Part shown: piece after piece, positions 1-13,122 of the stretch
Layout: every line of letters starts with the position of its first letter
Position numbering within the stretch: the first letter of the stretch is position 1
Program-made: the position numbers and the translations under genes
NCBI GenBank assembly: GCA_964187785.1
Contig: OZ076409.1
Coordinates: 77,688,001 to 77,752,000, forward strand
DNA length: 64,000 nucleotides
Source of the DNA: Amphiscolops sp. MND2022
Taxonomy: Eukaryota
Reading direction: 5' to 3'
Notes under the pieces: model-generated
Seen by the model: only the letters and a program-made list of their open reading frames with translations
Told to the model about the DNA's origin: nothing
The model's database searches: none

Positions 1-1756
1 TTGTTGAAGGAGGATGTGGTATATGAAATTGAGAAGTTTGTAATGTAGGAGTGATTGTATTGGATGTATGTTGAGAAGAAAGAGTATTTAATGGATTGGA
101 TGTGTTGTAATTTATCTGAGATTGTTGTTTATGACTTGGATTAGTACTGGTGAGACTGTATGATAATGGGTTAGTTAATATAGGTTGTAATGGAGGTCGA
201 GAAAGATGTCTGGCAGTGGTATAATTTGTAGATGGGTTGGAATGGATGGTGTTAATGTTTAAGGTAGGTTGTGTAGTTTGTACTGAGTTGGTTTGAGCTG
301 GAGTATAAGTCGAAGTTTGTATTTCAGAAGCTGATGGTGGAGTTGGTGTTTGAAAATGTACTGTATTAGTGTTCTGTGCAATGTAGGGTGTATTTGATGA
401 GCTTTGTTGAGGAGAGTCATGGATGTTTATCTGAGTTGAGAATTGAGGTGGAACAGAAGGTGGATTATAATTTCGAGGAGATCGTATTTGTGTCTGAGAG
501 GGTTGTGTAATATTAGTATTAGATGTAGACAAAATAGAAGTATTGTCTGGGTTTGAATTTGAAGTGTTGTCTTGATTTTGGTTTGTAAATTCGTTTTGTG
601 TGATATTGTGGGTAGGAATTATTACAAGATTTGAATCATCGGTTATTGTAAAACTTCGTGTATTTTGTACTGTTTCTTCAGAAAATTCTGTTGTATTGTG
701 AATTGTATTTGTTTCAGAAGGATTTGGTTGTTGCATATCTGAGATTTGTGATAATGGTGGGTATAATGGTTGTTCTTGAGGAGGATCAGGATTTTGAAAA
801 AGATTAACAAGGGCTTCTTGTTCTGGGGATTCTTCTTCTGATTGTTCTGATTGTTGTCTTGTATATGAAGGTTCAACACTAGAGGTTTGTTCTTCAGGAG
901 TTGTTTCATGAGAAGTATCAGGTGTAATAAAAGGTCTGTTATCTGATGTTTCAGAATGTTCAAGTACAAAGTTGTGGTCTAAGTTTATTTGTTCAAAATA
1001 AATAACATTTAATGAAGTAAGATCTCTGTAATGTAAATGTTTGTTTTCATTTTTTATGACGTATGGTAAGAGTTCTATATGTGTTAATATTTGAGGGAAG
1101 TTAACATAAGCTTGTTGGTCTTTTTGTTCCCAAAGTAGTTGATAATTAAATCTAAGAAACTTTAATAAGAATTGTGTAAAAATTTTGACTTGAGGTATAG
1201 TGTCATCTGTAAGGATAATGTTGTTTAAAAATCTGTACTGGAAATGTTTTATTTGTAAGATATCTCGTTGTAACCAATAATGAAGATTATCATGTCTTTG
1301 GACTTTCGTGTCAAGATCTGGGACCTCGAAATATTCAAATTTGTGTTTTAGTTCTTGTAAATGAGAAGGACGATAAGGTGGTGTGTCTTGGTTTTCATTG
1401 AATTCGATGAATTTTTGCATGTATGTGTGAAAAACATCTTGTGTAGAAAGTGTAATATTTTTTGGGTGTATAGTTCTATAAAATGTTCCAAGGTTTATTC
1501 CTTTAACAGGATTAAAAATAACTTGAAAAGGGGTTTGTGATGGTATAATATCAAGTGTTTTATATTGGATATAATATAGATAAGAATCACATTGTTCTCG
1601 TACTAATGGAATAGTATGAAGTATATGGGGTTCTGTTTCAAATGGAAGTGGGTTTGTGTACTGAAAGATAATGTTATGTAGAAAAGGTGTTAGATCTTGT
1701 ATAAGAGAAAGATTTTGTCTTTTTTCAGTAGTGAATGTAAATGGAGTGGGAAGCAT
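1..1756 (-). CDS. ORF1 (putative gag/accessory N-terminus, Q/T/P/N-rich) of a minus-strand LTR retrotransposon, copy 1, running off the left window edge
   Basis: Near-identical to ORF 3283..4806 at offset -3050; lies downstream of the LTR (2863-3111) and PBS on the minus strand. No gag motif is visible in the part present, so product is inferred from position. Confidence 0.5.
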   Translation of the reverse strand, partial: MLPTPFTFTTEKRQNLSLIQDLTPFLHNIIFQYTNPLPFETEPHILHTIPLVREQCDSYLYYIQYKTLDIIPSQTPFQVIFNPVKGINLGTFYRTIHPKNITLSTQDVFHTYMQKFIEFNENQDTPPYRPSHLQELKHKFEYFEVPDLDTKVQRHDNLHYWLQRDILQIKHFQYRFLNNIILTDDTIPQVKIFTQFLLKFLRFNYQLLWEQKDQQAYVNFPQILTHIELLPYVIKNENKHLHYRDLTSLNVIYFEQINLDHNFVLEHSETSDNRPFITPDTSHETTPEEQTSSVEPSYTRQQSEQSEEESPEQEALVNLFQNPDPPQEQPLYPPLSQISDMQQPNPSETNTIHNTTEFSEETVQNTRSFTITDDSNLVIIPTHNITQNEFTNQNQDNTSNSNPDNTSILSTSNTNITQPSQTQIRSPRNYNPPSVPPQFSTQINIHDSPQQSSSNTPYIAQNTNTVHFQTPTPPSASEIQTSTYTPAQTNSVQTTQPTLNINTIHSNPSTNYTTARHLSRPPLQPILTNPLSYSLTSTNPSHKQQSQINYNTSNPLNTLSSQHTSNTITPTLQTSQFHIPHPPST

Positions 1757-2862
1757 TATATGATATTAAGTTTGGTTAGTACAATAAGATTGCCATAAAG
1801 GATAGATGTATCGGAAAAGAAGATATTTTGTATTGAATTGTGAATTATATGGTAAAATTTGATCTATGAAAACAACTTGTAAGAAAATAGTAAGTGCAAT
1901 ACTTATAGAGAGAAGGAATGGGTTTTGTATAAATTGGATAAGTGTATGGAAAGTGTGGTAAATACTAAGTAGTCCAAAAAGAGGTAGTACTATACTTGTT
2001 AACATTGAAGAAAAAGGTTGTACTTCAAAATTTTGGTATGAATGAAATTAAGAATTTGTCCAGAAAAAGTGCAAGACCGGCAATGATAGCAACAAAGAAC
2101 CAAAAGCAAACAATGAGTTTAACTATAGTGTCTACTGAAGGCGGCATGTACAATGAAAAATGTGTCCAAGAGGTTGTATTAGAATTTGTTTTATCCAAGT
2201 GTATGAAAAAATGAAGTTATATAAAGAAATATGTGATGTATGTGTTATATATTTTAATTATGTATTTGGATCTGTGTTATATATTTTAATTGTTATGTAT
2301 TTGGATCCGTAAGCTAGTTTTAAAAGAGTTTTGTATGTTGTGTGTACTATAGAAGAGAGAACAAGAAAAGTGTTATAATTACGTTATGTAGAAAATATGT
2401 GTTATATAGGTGTGCCAACTTTAAAGTTGATCCAAGCGGCTAGAACCAAAGAGATTTATACTAGCAGGAATCGCTGGATAGCACTGTAGAAAGGCCAACA
2501 CGTATCGCACGTCTGCGGTTGGAACGGAAGAAAGAGAGAAAGCCAACACGAATTCACTCAGAGGTGATGGGAACGAAAAATTTACTGACAGGAATTACGT
2601 CAAGAAACGTAGTCAGAACCAAGAAATATGACTGACAGGAATTACGTTGAGGAACGCAGTCATAACCTTAGCAACACGGATCAATTTCGAATAGAAAGTG
2701 GTTGCAACGTTGAAATTAGTAACGATAGGCGATATTGAGAGGTGGAGAAACTGTGTGTCGAACAAAGAGATATCGAATGAGAAAGTCGAGAAAGGGTGTA
2801 CAACAATTGTAGATGTGTGAAATGAATGGGATAGAAAGAAGAATTTTTTTGGTCGCACCAAT

Positions 2863-3111
2863 TGAGCTGTTAAAAAGTTGTGTGGTGGTTTCTTTTAGAA
2901 GTTTTATTAATGACATAAGAAGTCTAAGATTTTAACAGCAGCGTCGTCTTATCTTATATCTGGTATCTAGCTAGTTCTGAGTACAATCTATTTCTGAGAT
3001 CTCAGTTCTTGAAGTGCGGGAGCAAGACCGATTGTTAGGATGATTTCTCAATTTCTCCGAGTAGATATATTCTATTAACTAGAGTAGGTTTCATCAATTA
3101 ACAATGTGACA
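2863..3111 (-). mobile_element. ~249-bp 5' LTR (copy 1) followed by primer-binding site TGGTGCGACC (2860-2851)
   Basis: Minus strand starts TGTCACA, ends CAGCTCA, then 2 nt and TGG-starting PBS; contains TATA-like (TATAAG) and AATAAA ~40 nt before the end. Confidence 0.75.
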
Positions 3112-3349
3112 GCAACAGGATGAATCGGGGAAGCTTGGTACAGGATATATTAAATGAAGTTTCTCAGCTTCCAAATTAGATTACATTTACTAATTGCTTT
3201 GGTTAAGAGTTCAGAGTATTTCAGATTTATAGAATCGTTGAGGACATGCATCATGGCATCACATAAACTCACAAGTTTCTCCTCAGGTGATAAACTCTTC
3301 GCTTTCATACGAGGCTTCTATGGTCTTGAAGGAATTCCCAATTTTTTTT

Positions 3350-4806
3350 GGAGTATAAGTCGAAGTTTGTATTTCAGAAGATGATGGTGGAGTTGGTGTT
3401 TGAAAATGTACTGTATTAGTGTTCTGTGCAATGTAGGGTGTATTTGATGAGCTTTGTTGAGGAGAGTCGAGGGTGTTTATCTGAGTTGAGAATTGAGGTG
3501 GAACAGAAGGTGGATTATAATTTCGAGGAGATAGTATTTGTGTCTGAGAGGGTTGTGTAATATTAGTATTAGATGTAGATAAAATAGAGGTATTGTCTGG
3601 GTTTGAATTTGAAGTGTTGTCTTGATTTTGGTTTGTAAATTCGTTTTGTGTGATATTGTGGGTAGGAATTATTACAAGATTTGAATCATCGGTTATTGTA
3701 AAACTTCGTGTATTTTGTACTGTTTCTTCAGAAAATTCTGTTGTATTGTGAATTGTATTTGTTTCAGAAGGATTTGGTTGTTGCATATCTGAGATTTTTG
3801 ATAATGGTGGGTATAATGGTTGTTCTTGAGGAGGATCAGGATTTTGAAAAAGATTAACAAGGGCTTCTTGTTCTGGGGATTCTTGTTCTGATTGTTCTGA
3901 TTGTTGTCTTGTATATGAAGGTTCAACACTAGAGGTTTGTTCTTCAGGAGTTGTTTCATGAGAAGTATCAGGTGTAATAAAAGGTCTGTTATCTGATGTT
4001 TCAGAATGTTCAAGTACAAAGTTGTGGTCTAAGTTTATTTGTTCAAAATGTGTAACATTTAATGAAGTAAGATCTCTGTAATGTAAATGTTTGTTTTCAT
4101 TTTTTATGATGTATGGTAAGAGTTCTATATGTGTTAATATTTGAGGGAAGTTAACATAAGCTTGTTGGTCTTTTTGTTCCCAAAGTAGTTGATAATTAAA
4201 TCTAAGAAACTTTAATAAGAATTGTGTAAAAATGTTGACTTGAGGTATAGTGTCATCTGTAAGGATAATGTTGTTAAAAAATCTGTACTGGAAATGTTTT
4301 ATTTGTAAGATATCTCGTTGTAACCAATAATGAAGATTATCATGTCTTTGGACTTTCGTGTCAAGATCTGGGATCTCGAAATATTCAAATTTGTGTTTTA
4401 GTTCTTGTAAATGAGAAGGACGATAAGGTGGTGTGTCTTGGTTTTCATTGAATTCGATGAGTTTTTGCATGTATGTGTGAAAAACATCTTGTGTAGAAAG
4501 TGTAATATTTTTTGAGTGTATAGTTCTATAAAATGTTCCAAGGTTTATTCCTTTAACAGGATTAAAAATAACTTGAAAAGGGGTTTGTGATGGTATAATA
4601 TCAAGTGTTTTATATTGGATATAATATAGATAAGAATCACATTGTTCTCGTACTAATGGAATAGTATGAAGTATATGGGGTTCTGTTTCAAATGGAAGTG
4701 GGTTTGTGTACTGAAAGATAATGTTATGTAGAAAAGGTGTTAGATCTTGTATAAGAGATAGATTTTGTCTTTTTTCAGTAGTGAATGTAAATGGAGTGGG
4801 AAGCAT
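3350..4806 (-). pseudogene. ORF1 copy 2, truncated at the duplication junction
   Basis: ORF 3283..4806 (507 aa); the last ~22 codons read into antisense RT sequence beyond the junction. Confidence 0.55.
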
Positions 4807-5912
4807 TATATGATATTAAGTTTGGTTAGTACAATAAGATTGCCATAAAGGATAGATGTATCGGAAAAGAAGATATTTTGTATTGAATTGTGAATTATAT
4901 GGTAAAATTTGATCTATGAAAACAACTTGTAAGAAAATAGTAAGTGCAATACTTATAGAGAGAAGGAATTGGTTTTGTATATATTGGATAAGTGTATGGA
5001 AAATGTGGTAAATACTAAGTAGTCCAAAAAGAGGTAGTACTATACTTGTTAACATAGAAGAAAAAGGTTGTACTTCAAAATTGTGGTATGAATGAAATTA
5101 AGAATTTGTCCAGAAAAAGTGCAAGACCGGCAATGATAGCAACAAAGAACCAAAAGCAAACGATGAGTTTAACTCTAGTGTCTACTGAAGGCGGCATGTA
5201 CAATGAAAAATGTGTCCAAGAGGTTGTATTAGAATTTGTTTTATATAGGTGTAAGAAAAAATGAAGTTATATAAAGAAATATGTGATGTATGTGTTATAT
5301 ATTTTATTTATGTATTTGGATCTGTGTTATATATTTTAATTGTTATGTATTTGGATCCGTAAGCTAGTTTTAAAAGAGTTTTGTATGTTGTGTGTACTAT
5401 AAAAGAGAGAACAAGAAAAGTGTTATAATTACGTTATGTAGAAAATATGTGTTATATAGGTGTGCCAACTTTAAAGTTGATCCAAGCGGCTAGAACCAAA
5501 GAGATTTATACTAGCAGGAATCGCTGGATAGCACTGTAGAAAGGCCAACACGTATCGCACGTCTGCGGTTGGAACGGAAGAAAGAGAGAAAGCCAACACG
5601 AATTCACTCAGAGGTGGTTGGAACGAAAAATTTACTGACAGGAATTACATCAAGAAACGTAGTCAGAACCAAGAAATATGACTGACAGGAATTACGTTGA
5701 ATAACGCAGTCAGAACCATAGCAACACGGATCAATTTCGAATAGAAAGTGGTTGCAACGTTGAAATTAGTAACGATAGGCGATATTGAGAGGTGGAGAAA
5801 CTGTGTGTCGAACAAAGAGATATCGAATGAGAAAGTCGAGAAAGTGTGTACAACAATTGTAGATGTGTGAAATGAATGGGAGAGAAAGAAGAATTTTTTT
5901 GGTTGCACCAAT

Positions 5913-6161
5913 TGAGCTGTTAAAAAGTTGTGTGGTGGTTTCATTTAGAAGTTTTATTACTGACATAAGAAGTCTAAGATTTTAACAGCAGCGTCGTCTT
6001 ATCTTATATCTGGTAGCTAGCTAGTTCTGAGTACAATCCATTTCTGAGATCTCAGTTCTTGAAGTGCGGGAGCAAGACCGATTGTTAGGATGATTTCTCA
6101 ATTTCTCCGAAAAGATATATTCTATTAACTAGAGTAGGTTTCATCAATTAACAATGTGACA
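5913..6161 (-). mobile_element. 5' LTR copy 2 with PBS (TGGTGCAACC)
   Basis: Copy of 2863-3111 at offset 3050. Confidence 0.75.
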
Positions 6162-6314
6162 GCAACAGGATGAATCGGGGAAGCTTGGTACAGGATATAT
6201 TAAATGAAGTTTCTTAGCTTCCAAATTAGACTACATTTACTAATTGCTTTGGTTAAGAGTTCAGAGTATTTCAGATTTATAGAATCGTTGAGGACATGCA
6301 TCATGGCATCACAT

Positions 6315-8019
6315 AAACTCACAAGTTTCTCCTCAGGTGATAAACTCTTCGCTTTCATACGAGGCTTCTATGGTCTTGAAGGAATTCCCAATTTTTTTTA
6401 TAAAACAAATGTCAACTTTCTTTAAAACTCTATCAGAACAAGGTTTTGCTCTTGTTTACATCGATGACAATTTACTTTCATCGAATTCTAAAGAACATAA
6501 GTTTCGACTTCTAAAACAATTGCATATCAGTAAAATTATCTCCTGGGAAATTTTTTTTATGATCCTTAAGGTTAATTTCCTTGGACATGAAATTGGCCAC
6601 AATACAATTAAACCTATCCACTCAAAAATTGCCGCTATCCACAAAATTCCTTCTCCTACTGGAAAAGTAGCTCTAATGAGTTTCATTGGCGCACTTAACT
6701 TTCACACCAAATTGATTGAAAAATTGAACATAAACTTCAAACCATTTTACGATCTTTTACCTGAAGATACACCATGGAAATGGACAAACGAACACGAAAC
6801 TCTTTTTCAAAAACTCAAAATGTCCCTTACTTCTGAAACAGAACTCACCATACCAAATACCAAACATCCATTGTTCATTACAGTAGACGCTTCGCTCATT
6901 GGATTAGGCGCTGTTCTTTTCCAATTGAACGAAGAAAATAAAATGAAAGTTATGTCTTACAACTCTGGTATACTAAACCCACAAGAACAAAAACTTTCCA
7001 CACTTGAACGCGAACTTCTTGGTATAGTACACGCTCTTCAAATATATGAATTTCTCATCATTGGTTCTCCACATCCAATACATGTTTTCACTGATCACAA
7101 ACCACTTTTTCATTGGTTTACAAAAAAGGTAACCTTAATCCACGCTTTTACAGAGCTCAAATGCAGTTAACAAAATTTCAAAACTAAAAATTATCTCCCT
7201 GGAAAAAATCTCTCTGTTGCTGATATATCAAGTCGTTCGTTCACAAAAACTGAACTTCAAATAAACCATTTGAAGCACAAACAACTTCCACCACAAATTA
7301 ATTTTGCGGTTTCACAAGAAAGTACTCTCAAACCCGTACATTACTTGATTAAACATGAAGAATTCTTACCACATCAAAAAATGACTCTCTTCCCATTCTT
7401 GTTGATTATGGAACAGATCAATTTTCAATACGCATCAATGACAAAGCAAACGATATTATTGTTAAACTTTTAAACTCCTTTTCATTCAAATCTGTAATTC
7501 CATTTCAAACAAATTTTAAAGCACCTGTCAAAAAAACAATAAATCTCTCCATCAAAAATTTCTTTTACTCAATGATACTCATATTACAAGTGATGATGAA
7601 GAACATATATATACTAGAAATCCAAAACAAGACTCATCCTTTACTTCAGATAGCACTTTACAGAATGAAACTTATTCTACTTTAAAAACAACAACATCCA
7701 CCACTCCTCAAGAATCCGCATCTGCAATAAATCTTCGAACTGTATATTCTTGGTTAACTCGTAGTGAAAAACCAGAATTCCTTACCCCCTCATCACTGGC
7801 ACTCCTTTTTTAAAAGTATATTACAAAAGATTTTCACATTTTTTCTTAGAACACTATACAAATCTCATTAGCCTATTCACAACAAACATAAATTCTCCTG
7901 CAACAAATCAAACCGCTTCTACAAATATCATACTTGGTACAATCCGAATTTGTCATCCATTCCGCATGTTTCGAACAGTCTTTAATAAACTCCATCATGA
8001 AAATTTCATACACGTTTCA
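6315..8019 (+). pseudogene. Ty3/Gypsy pol fragment (RT C-terminal half + RNase H), copy 1
   Basis: KLTSFSSGDKLFAFIRGFYGL, LVYIDD, VNFLGH, RNase H motifs TVDAS..GLGAVL, ERELLGIV, TDHKPL; frameshifted. Confidence 0.9.
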
Positions 8020-8232
8020 AGGAACGCAGTCAGAACCATAGCAACACGGATCAATTTCGAATAGAAAGTGGTTGCAACGTTGAAATTAGTAACGATAGGC
8101 GATATTGAGAGGTGCAGAAACTGTGTGTCGAACAAAGAGATATCGAATGAGAAAGTCGAGAAAGGGTGTACAACAATTGTAGATGTGTGAAATGAATGGG
8201 AGAGAAAGAAGAATTTTTTTGGTTGCACCAAT

Positions 8233-8481
8233 TGAGCTGTTAAAAAGTTGTGTGGTGGTTTCTTTTAGAAGTTTTATTACTGACATAAGAAGTCTAAGAT
8301 TTTAACAGCAGCGTCGTCTTATCTTATATCTGGTAGCTAGCTAGTTCTGAGTACAATCCATTTCTGAGATCTCAGTTCTTGAAGAGCGGGAGCAAGACCG
8401 ATTGTTAGGATGATTTCTCAATTTCTCCGAAAAGATATATTCTATTAACTAGAGTAGGTTTCATCAATTAACAATGTGACA
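8233..8481 (-). mobile_element. 5' LTR copy 3 with PBS
   Basis: Copy of 5913-6161 at offset 2320. Confidence 0.75.
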
Positions 8482-8634
8482 GCAACAGGGTGAATCGGGG
8501 AAGCTTGGTACAGGATATATTAAATGAAGTTTCTTAGCTTCCAAATTAGACTACATTTACTAATTGCTTTGGTTAAGAGTTCAGAGTATTTCAGATTTAT
8601 AGAATCGTTGAGGACATGCATCATGGCATCACAT

Positions 8635-11500
8635 AAACTCACAAGTTTCTCCTCAGGTGATAAACTCTTCGCTTTCATACGAGGCTTCTATGGTGTTGAA
8701 GGAATTCCCAATTTTTTTTATAAAACAAATGTCAACTCTCTTTAAAACTCTATCAGAACAAGGTTTTGCTCTTGTTTACATCGATGACAATTTACTTTCA
8801 TCGAATTCTAAAGAACATATGTTTCGACTTCTAGAACAATTGCATATCAGTAAAGTTATCTCCTGGGAAATTTTTTTCATGATCCTTAAGGTTAATTTCC
8901 TTGGACATGAAATTGGCCACAATACAATTAAACCTATCCACTCAAAAATTGCCGCTATCCACAAAATTCCTTCTCCTACTGGAAAAGTAGCTCTAATGAG
9001 TTTCATTGGCGCACTTAACTTTCACACCAAATTGATTGAAAAATTGAACATAAACTTCAAACCATTTTACGATCTTTTACCTGAAGATACCCCATGGAAA
9101 TGGACAAACGAACACGAAACTCTTTTTCAAAAACTCAAAATGTCCCTTACTTCTGAAACAGAACTCACCATACCAAATACCAAACATCCATTGTTCATTA
9201 CAGTAGACGCTTCGCTCATTGGATTAGGCGCTGTTCTTTTCCAATTGAACGAAGAAAATAAAATGAAAGTTATGTCTTACAACTCTCGTATACTAAACCC
9301 ACAAGAACAAAAACTTTCCACACTTGAACGCGAACTTCTTGGTATAGTACACGCTCTTCAAATATATGAATTTCTTATCATTGGTTCTCCACATCCAATA
9401 CATGTTTTCACTGATCACAAACCACTTTTTCATTGGTTTACAAAAAAGGTAACTTTAATCCACGCTTTTACAGAGCTCAAATGCAGTTAACAAAATTTCA
9501 AAACTAAAAATTATCTCCCTGGAAAAAATCTCTCTGTTGCTGATATATCAAGTCGTTCGTTCACAAAAACTGAACTTCAAATAAACCATTTGAAGCACAA
9601 ACAACTTCCACCACAAATTAATTTTGCGGTTTCACAAGAAAGTACTCTCAAACCCGTACATTACTTGATTAAACATGAAGAATTCTTACCACATCAAAAA
9701 ATGACTCTCATCCCATTCTTGTTGATTATGGAACAGATCAATTTTCAATACGCATCAATGACAAAGCAAACGATATTATTGTTAAACTTTTAAACTCCTT
9801 TTCATTCAAATCTGTAACTCCATTTCAAACAAATTTTAAAGCACCTGTCAAAAAAACAATAAATCTCTCCATCAAAAATTTCTTTTACTCTATGATACTC
9901 ATATTACAAGTGATGATGAAGAACATATATATACTAGAAATCCAAAACAAGACTCATCCTTTACTTCAGATAGCACTTTACAGGATGAAACTTATTCTAC
10001 TTTAAAAACAACAACATCCACCACTCCTCAAGAATCCGCATCTGCAATAAATCTTCGAACTGTATATTCTTGGTTAACTCGTAGTGAAAAACCAGAATTC
10101 CTTACCCCCTCATCACTGGCACTCCTTTTTTAAAAGTATATTACAAAAGATTTTCACAACTTTTCTTAGAACACTATACAAATCTCATTAGCCTATTCAC
10201 AACAAACATAAATTCTCCTGCAACAAATCAAACCGCTTCTACAAATATCATTCTTGGTACAATCCGAATTTGTCATCCATTCCGCATGTTTCGAACAGTC
10301 TTTAATAAACTCCATCATGAACACTTTCATACACGTTTCAAAATCACATACAATACATTTTCTCTAGATAACTATGTCCCATACCTTGAAAAATAGCTCT
10401 CCATTTTCATACATGACTTTATAGAATGTCAACGAAATGAACACTTCAACACGAAAATTCAAACTGCTCCTACAGAATTTTTCTCAGAACTTAATCCATC
10501 TTTCAATTATCGCATTTTAATGGATACAAAAGGACCTATAAATTCCCCTTCACACAACAAATCCTACATTCATGTCCAAAACCGCCAAAACCGTCATAAA
10601 AACTCTATTACATCATTGGATCATTAAATTTAGACCACCCATATATCTTGTTACTGATCGAGGATCAGAATATGTTAGTAAAGAAATGGCCCAACTTTGT
10701 ACACTTATGGGAATTAGACATTCCCCTAGAACAGCTTTTTTCCTTGGACAAATGGTGTGGTAGAAGTACAAAACAGAAATCTTGGCACACACCTACGCAT
10801 GTTTCTCCATGACACTCCTAAAGATTGGGCTCCAAGTCCACATGTATGCTTATGCACATAATTCACAACCACTCTCAGAACTCAATATTTCTCCTCATGC
10901 AATTGTCTTCCACATACAACCCTAAATCCCCCTTACCTTTGATTTTAATTTAACTAAAATACCTCTAAAACATGTATTTCCAAATATTGCTCTCAACTTC
11001 CAGAACACTCCCACTATCACAAGACACATTTAAGCCCTTTCTTTTATAGAACACTTTCAAAGCCCATTCCACAATGGTTTCTTGCTGTAGAAACCGCTAT
11101 GTTACAAATATATTCTACAAAATATGAAAACACCCTCAAAAAAATAAATTCGCATGCATGTATTACGAAAACCTATCATGATGGTAAATCACTCCCTATT
11201 GGCACTTTTGTCTTAAAGCGAAACTTCTCCCATGTTCATTTTTCTGACAAACCTAAACTGTTTGGATTGTACAATATAAAAATCTTGATAGACTATCTGT
11301 TGTTACATACGAACTTCTTTCTCAAGATGGATCTACAGTACATATTCAAAAAAACCACTTAATTCCCTATTTTCAAAAAGAACCACTCCTATTTCCACAT
11401 TTACGTAGTTTCATGCGCTTCTCAGACTGAACCCAAATTAGCATTCCAAAACCAATTAAATATGCAAACAGTGACTCTTCCCCTTTTAATTCCGATGAAT
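8635..11500 (+). pseudogene. Ty3/Gypsy pol (RT, RNase H, integrase), copy 2, frameshifted
   Basis: RT/RNase H motifs as copy 1; integrase core MDTKGP (~10520), LVTDRGSEY (~10650), NGVVEVQNRNLG (~10755). Confidence 0.9.
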
Positions 11501-11875
11501 CCGAAACTGATGATGATGCAACACCAAAAACTATGACACCATCAGCTAAATCTAATTACAATTGTACAGCTCCTTCCTCAAATGGCAAATCACCTCTCAG
11601 ACTATGTGACAACTCACCTTTCAAACAGCTAATTAAAACCCCTCAAACTGACATCTTTATTGACAGATCACGACACCCATCAAGATCAATCCAATTCACA
11701 TCCCCTCCAATAGACAGAACCACCAGAACTCAATAGACTCTGAGACATCAACCACAAATGGATTACAGATTCTTTATACCACCTTCAAAACTCTACAAAT
11801 TATCATTCACTCTACCGGCACAATGAAAACTGGTCGACAGAAAATGATAGCAACTTGAAACTGAATCTAGCGTAG

Positions 11876-13122
11876 TTGAAGACATTACAAGTATACACTA
11901 TAATCCTGGATTTTTCTTCTGATACATCTCCTTCTGCTCCAAGTCTATCTACTAACACTGAATCGCAAATCACTACTTCATCTCGAACTCACAATGTAAC
12001 TCCCGTAACACCTTCCAAAAGAACAAGATCACAAATCACTGACACATCTTCTATATCAACTTCTTCTATTACCAGTAGACCATCAATAACCGAAATCCAT
12101 ATTTAGTCTCGTTCTCAAACATCACAAATTAATACTCCTTCAGTACACATATCAAACCCTGAATCTGATGAACGCTACATAAATTACAAACAACCTACTG
12201 CTATTGAAACTGTTAGACTCCAACCTCAACTCAATCTTGTACATATTCCTGATACTGAATACACACAACTACCTCCATTACAATTACCATCAGAAATCAG
12301 TACAACCTCTTCAAAACTATATCCTCCACTAAAACCTCTTCGAAAACATTCTACATCACTGTCAAACCTTTTAGACAGTACTTCTGACTACATACCATCA
12401 CAAGAATCCACAAGCTCACTTTATGTTCCACATCATAGCCATAGATACAACCTTCGCAACCTCCCTTAACGTCGACTTAGTACCGATACTTCAACACCTG
12501 TTTTTCTGGTCTCTCAAGTAATTCCGCACTACGACTTGCAAGACAACACGCTCAACCTGTATCTTCAGAATTCGACCCTCAATCATATTTTACATCTGGT
12601 CTTGACACCGCTTCATTACTATCATCAGACGCCCTAAATGCATTGCTTTCAGGAAATTTTTTCTCTGAAGTTATTATACCTTCTCATGTACCTGCACATA
12701 TTAGAATACCTGAATGTTATACTGCAGAATACTCTAGACCTCCAACTCCTATTTTTGCAGATTATCCAATTCGAGTTGACGGAATTACCATATACGATAC
12801 ATCACACGATCCTCGTTTTCCAATCCTTACAGAACGCTTTATTGCAAACAACGATTTACTATCAACCGAAAGAAAAGAAACAGAACTTAAAAGACTCCGA
12901 ACTCCTAAACTAGAATTAAAGTTTGAAGTTAAAGTCAAATTTCAAGGTTTCAATCCACATCCAGTATTTCACGTTGCAAAAACAGAACAAAAAACTACTC
13001 CTGCTCTTTTTGAAGTCGTACATATTGATTTTGAAAGAGACCCAAATCTTCCCGCTTTACCATATGGCAAAATTTTATTTTACGACCCCTACTCTGGACT
13101 TAAATACACAACTTTTATATAG
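11876..13122 (+). pseudogene. Accessory ORF remnant between integrase and env (S/T-rich N-terminus, globular C-terminus)
   Basis: ORF pieces 11876..12106 and 12643..13122 with the same sense-strand A/C bias as pol; no recognised domain. Confidence 0.35.

Larger units (their letters stand above)
300..6399. repeat. Tandem segmental duplication, period 3050 bp (300-3349 / 3350-6399)
   Basis: Colinear near-identical sequence at offset 3050; junction at ~3349 joins RT sequence (ggaattcccaatttttttt) to ORF1 sequence (ggagtataagtcgaag, also at 300). Confidence 0.95.
5700..10339. repeat. Tandem segmental duplication, period 2320 bp (5700-8019 / 8020-10339)
   Basis: ORFs 6337..7170 and 8657..9490 near-identical at offset 2320; junction at ~8020 (catacacgtttcaa|ggaacgcagtc) joins pol to the LTR-adjacent leader. 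Confidence 0.95.

Noticed and set aside
2863..8481. Three LTRs as boundaries of two complete retroelements
   Set aside because: Each copy carries the same PBS and the same flank; they arise from segmental tandem duplication, with no polypurine tract or TSD.
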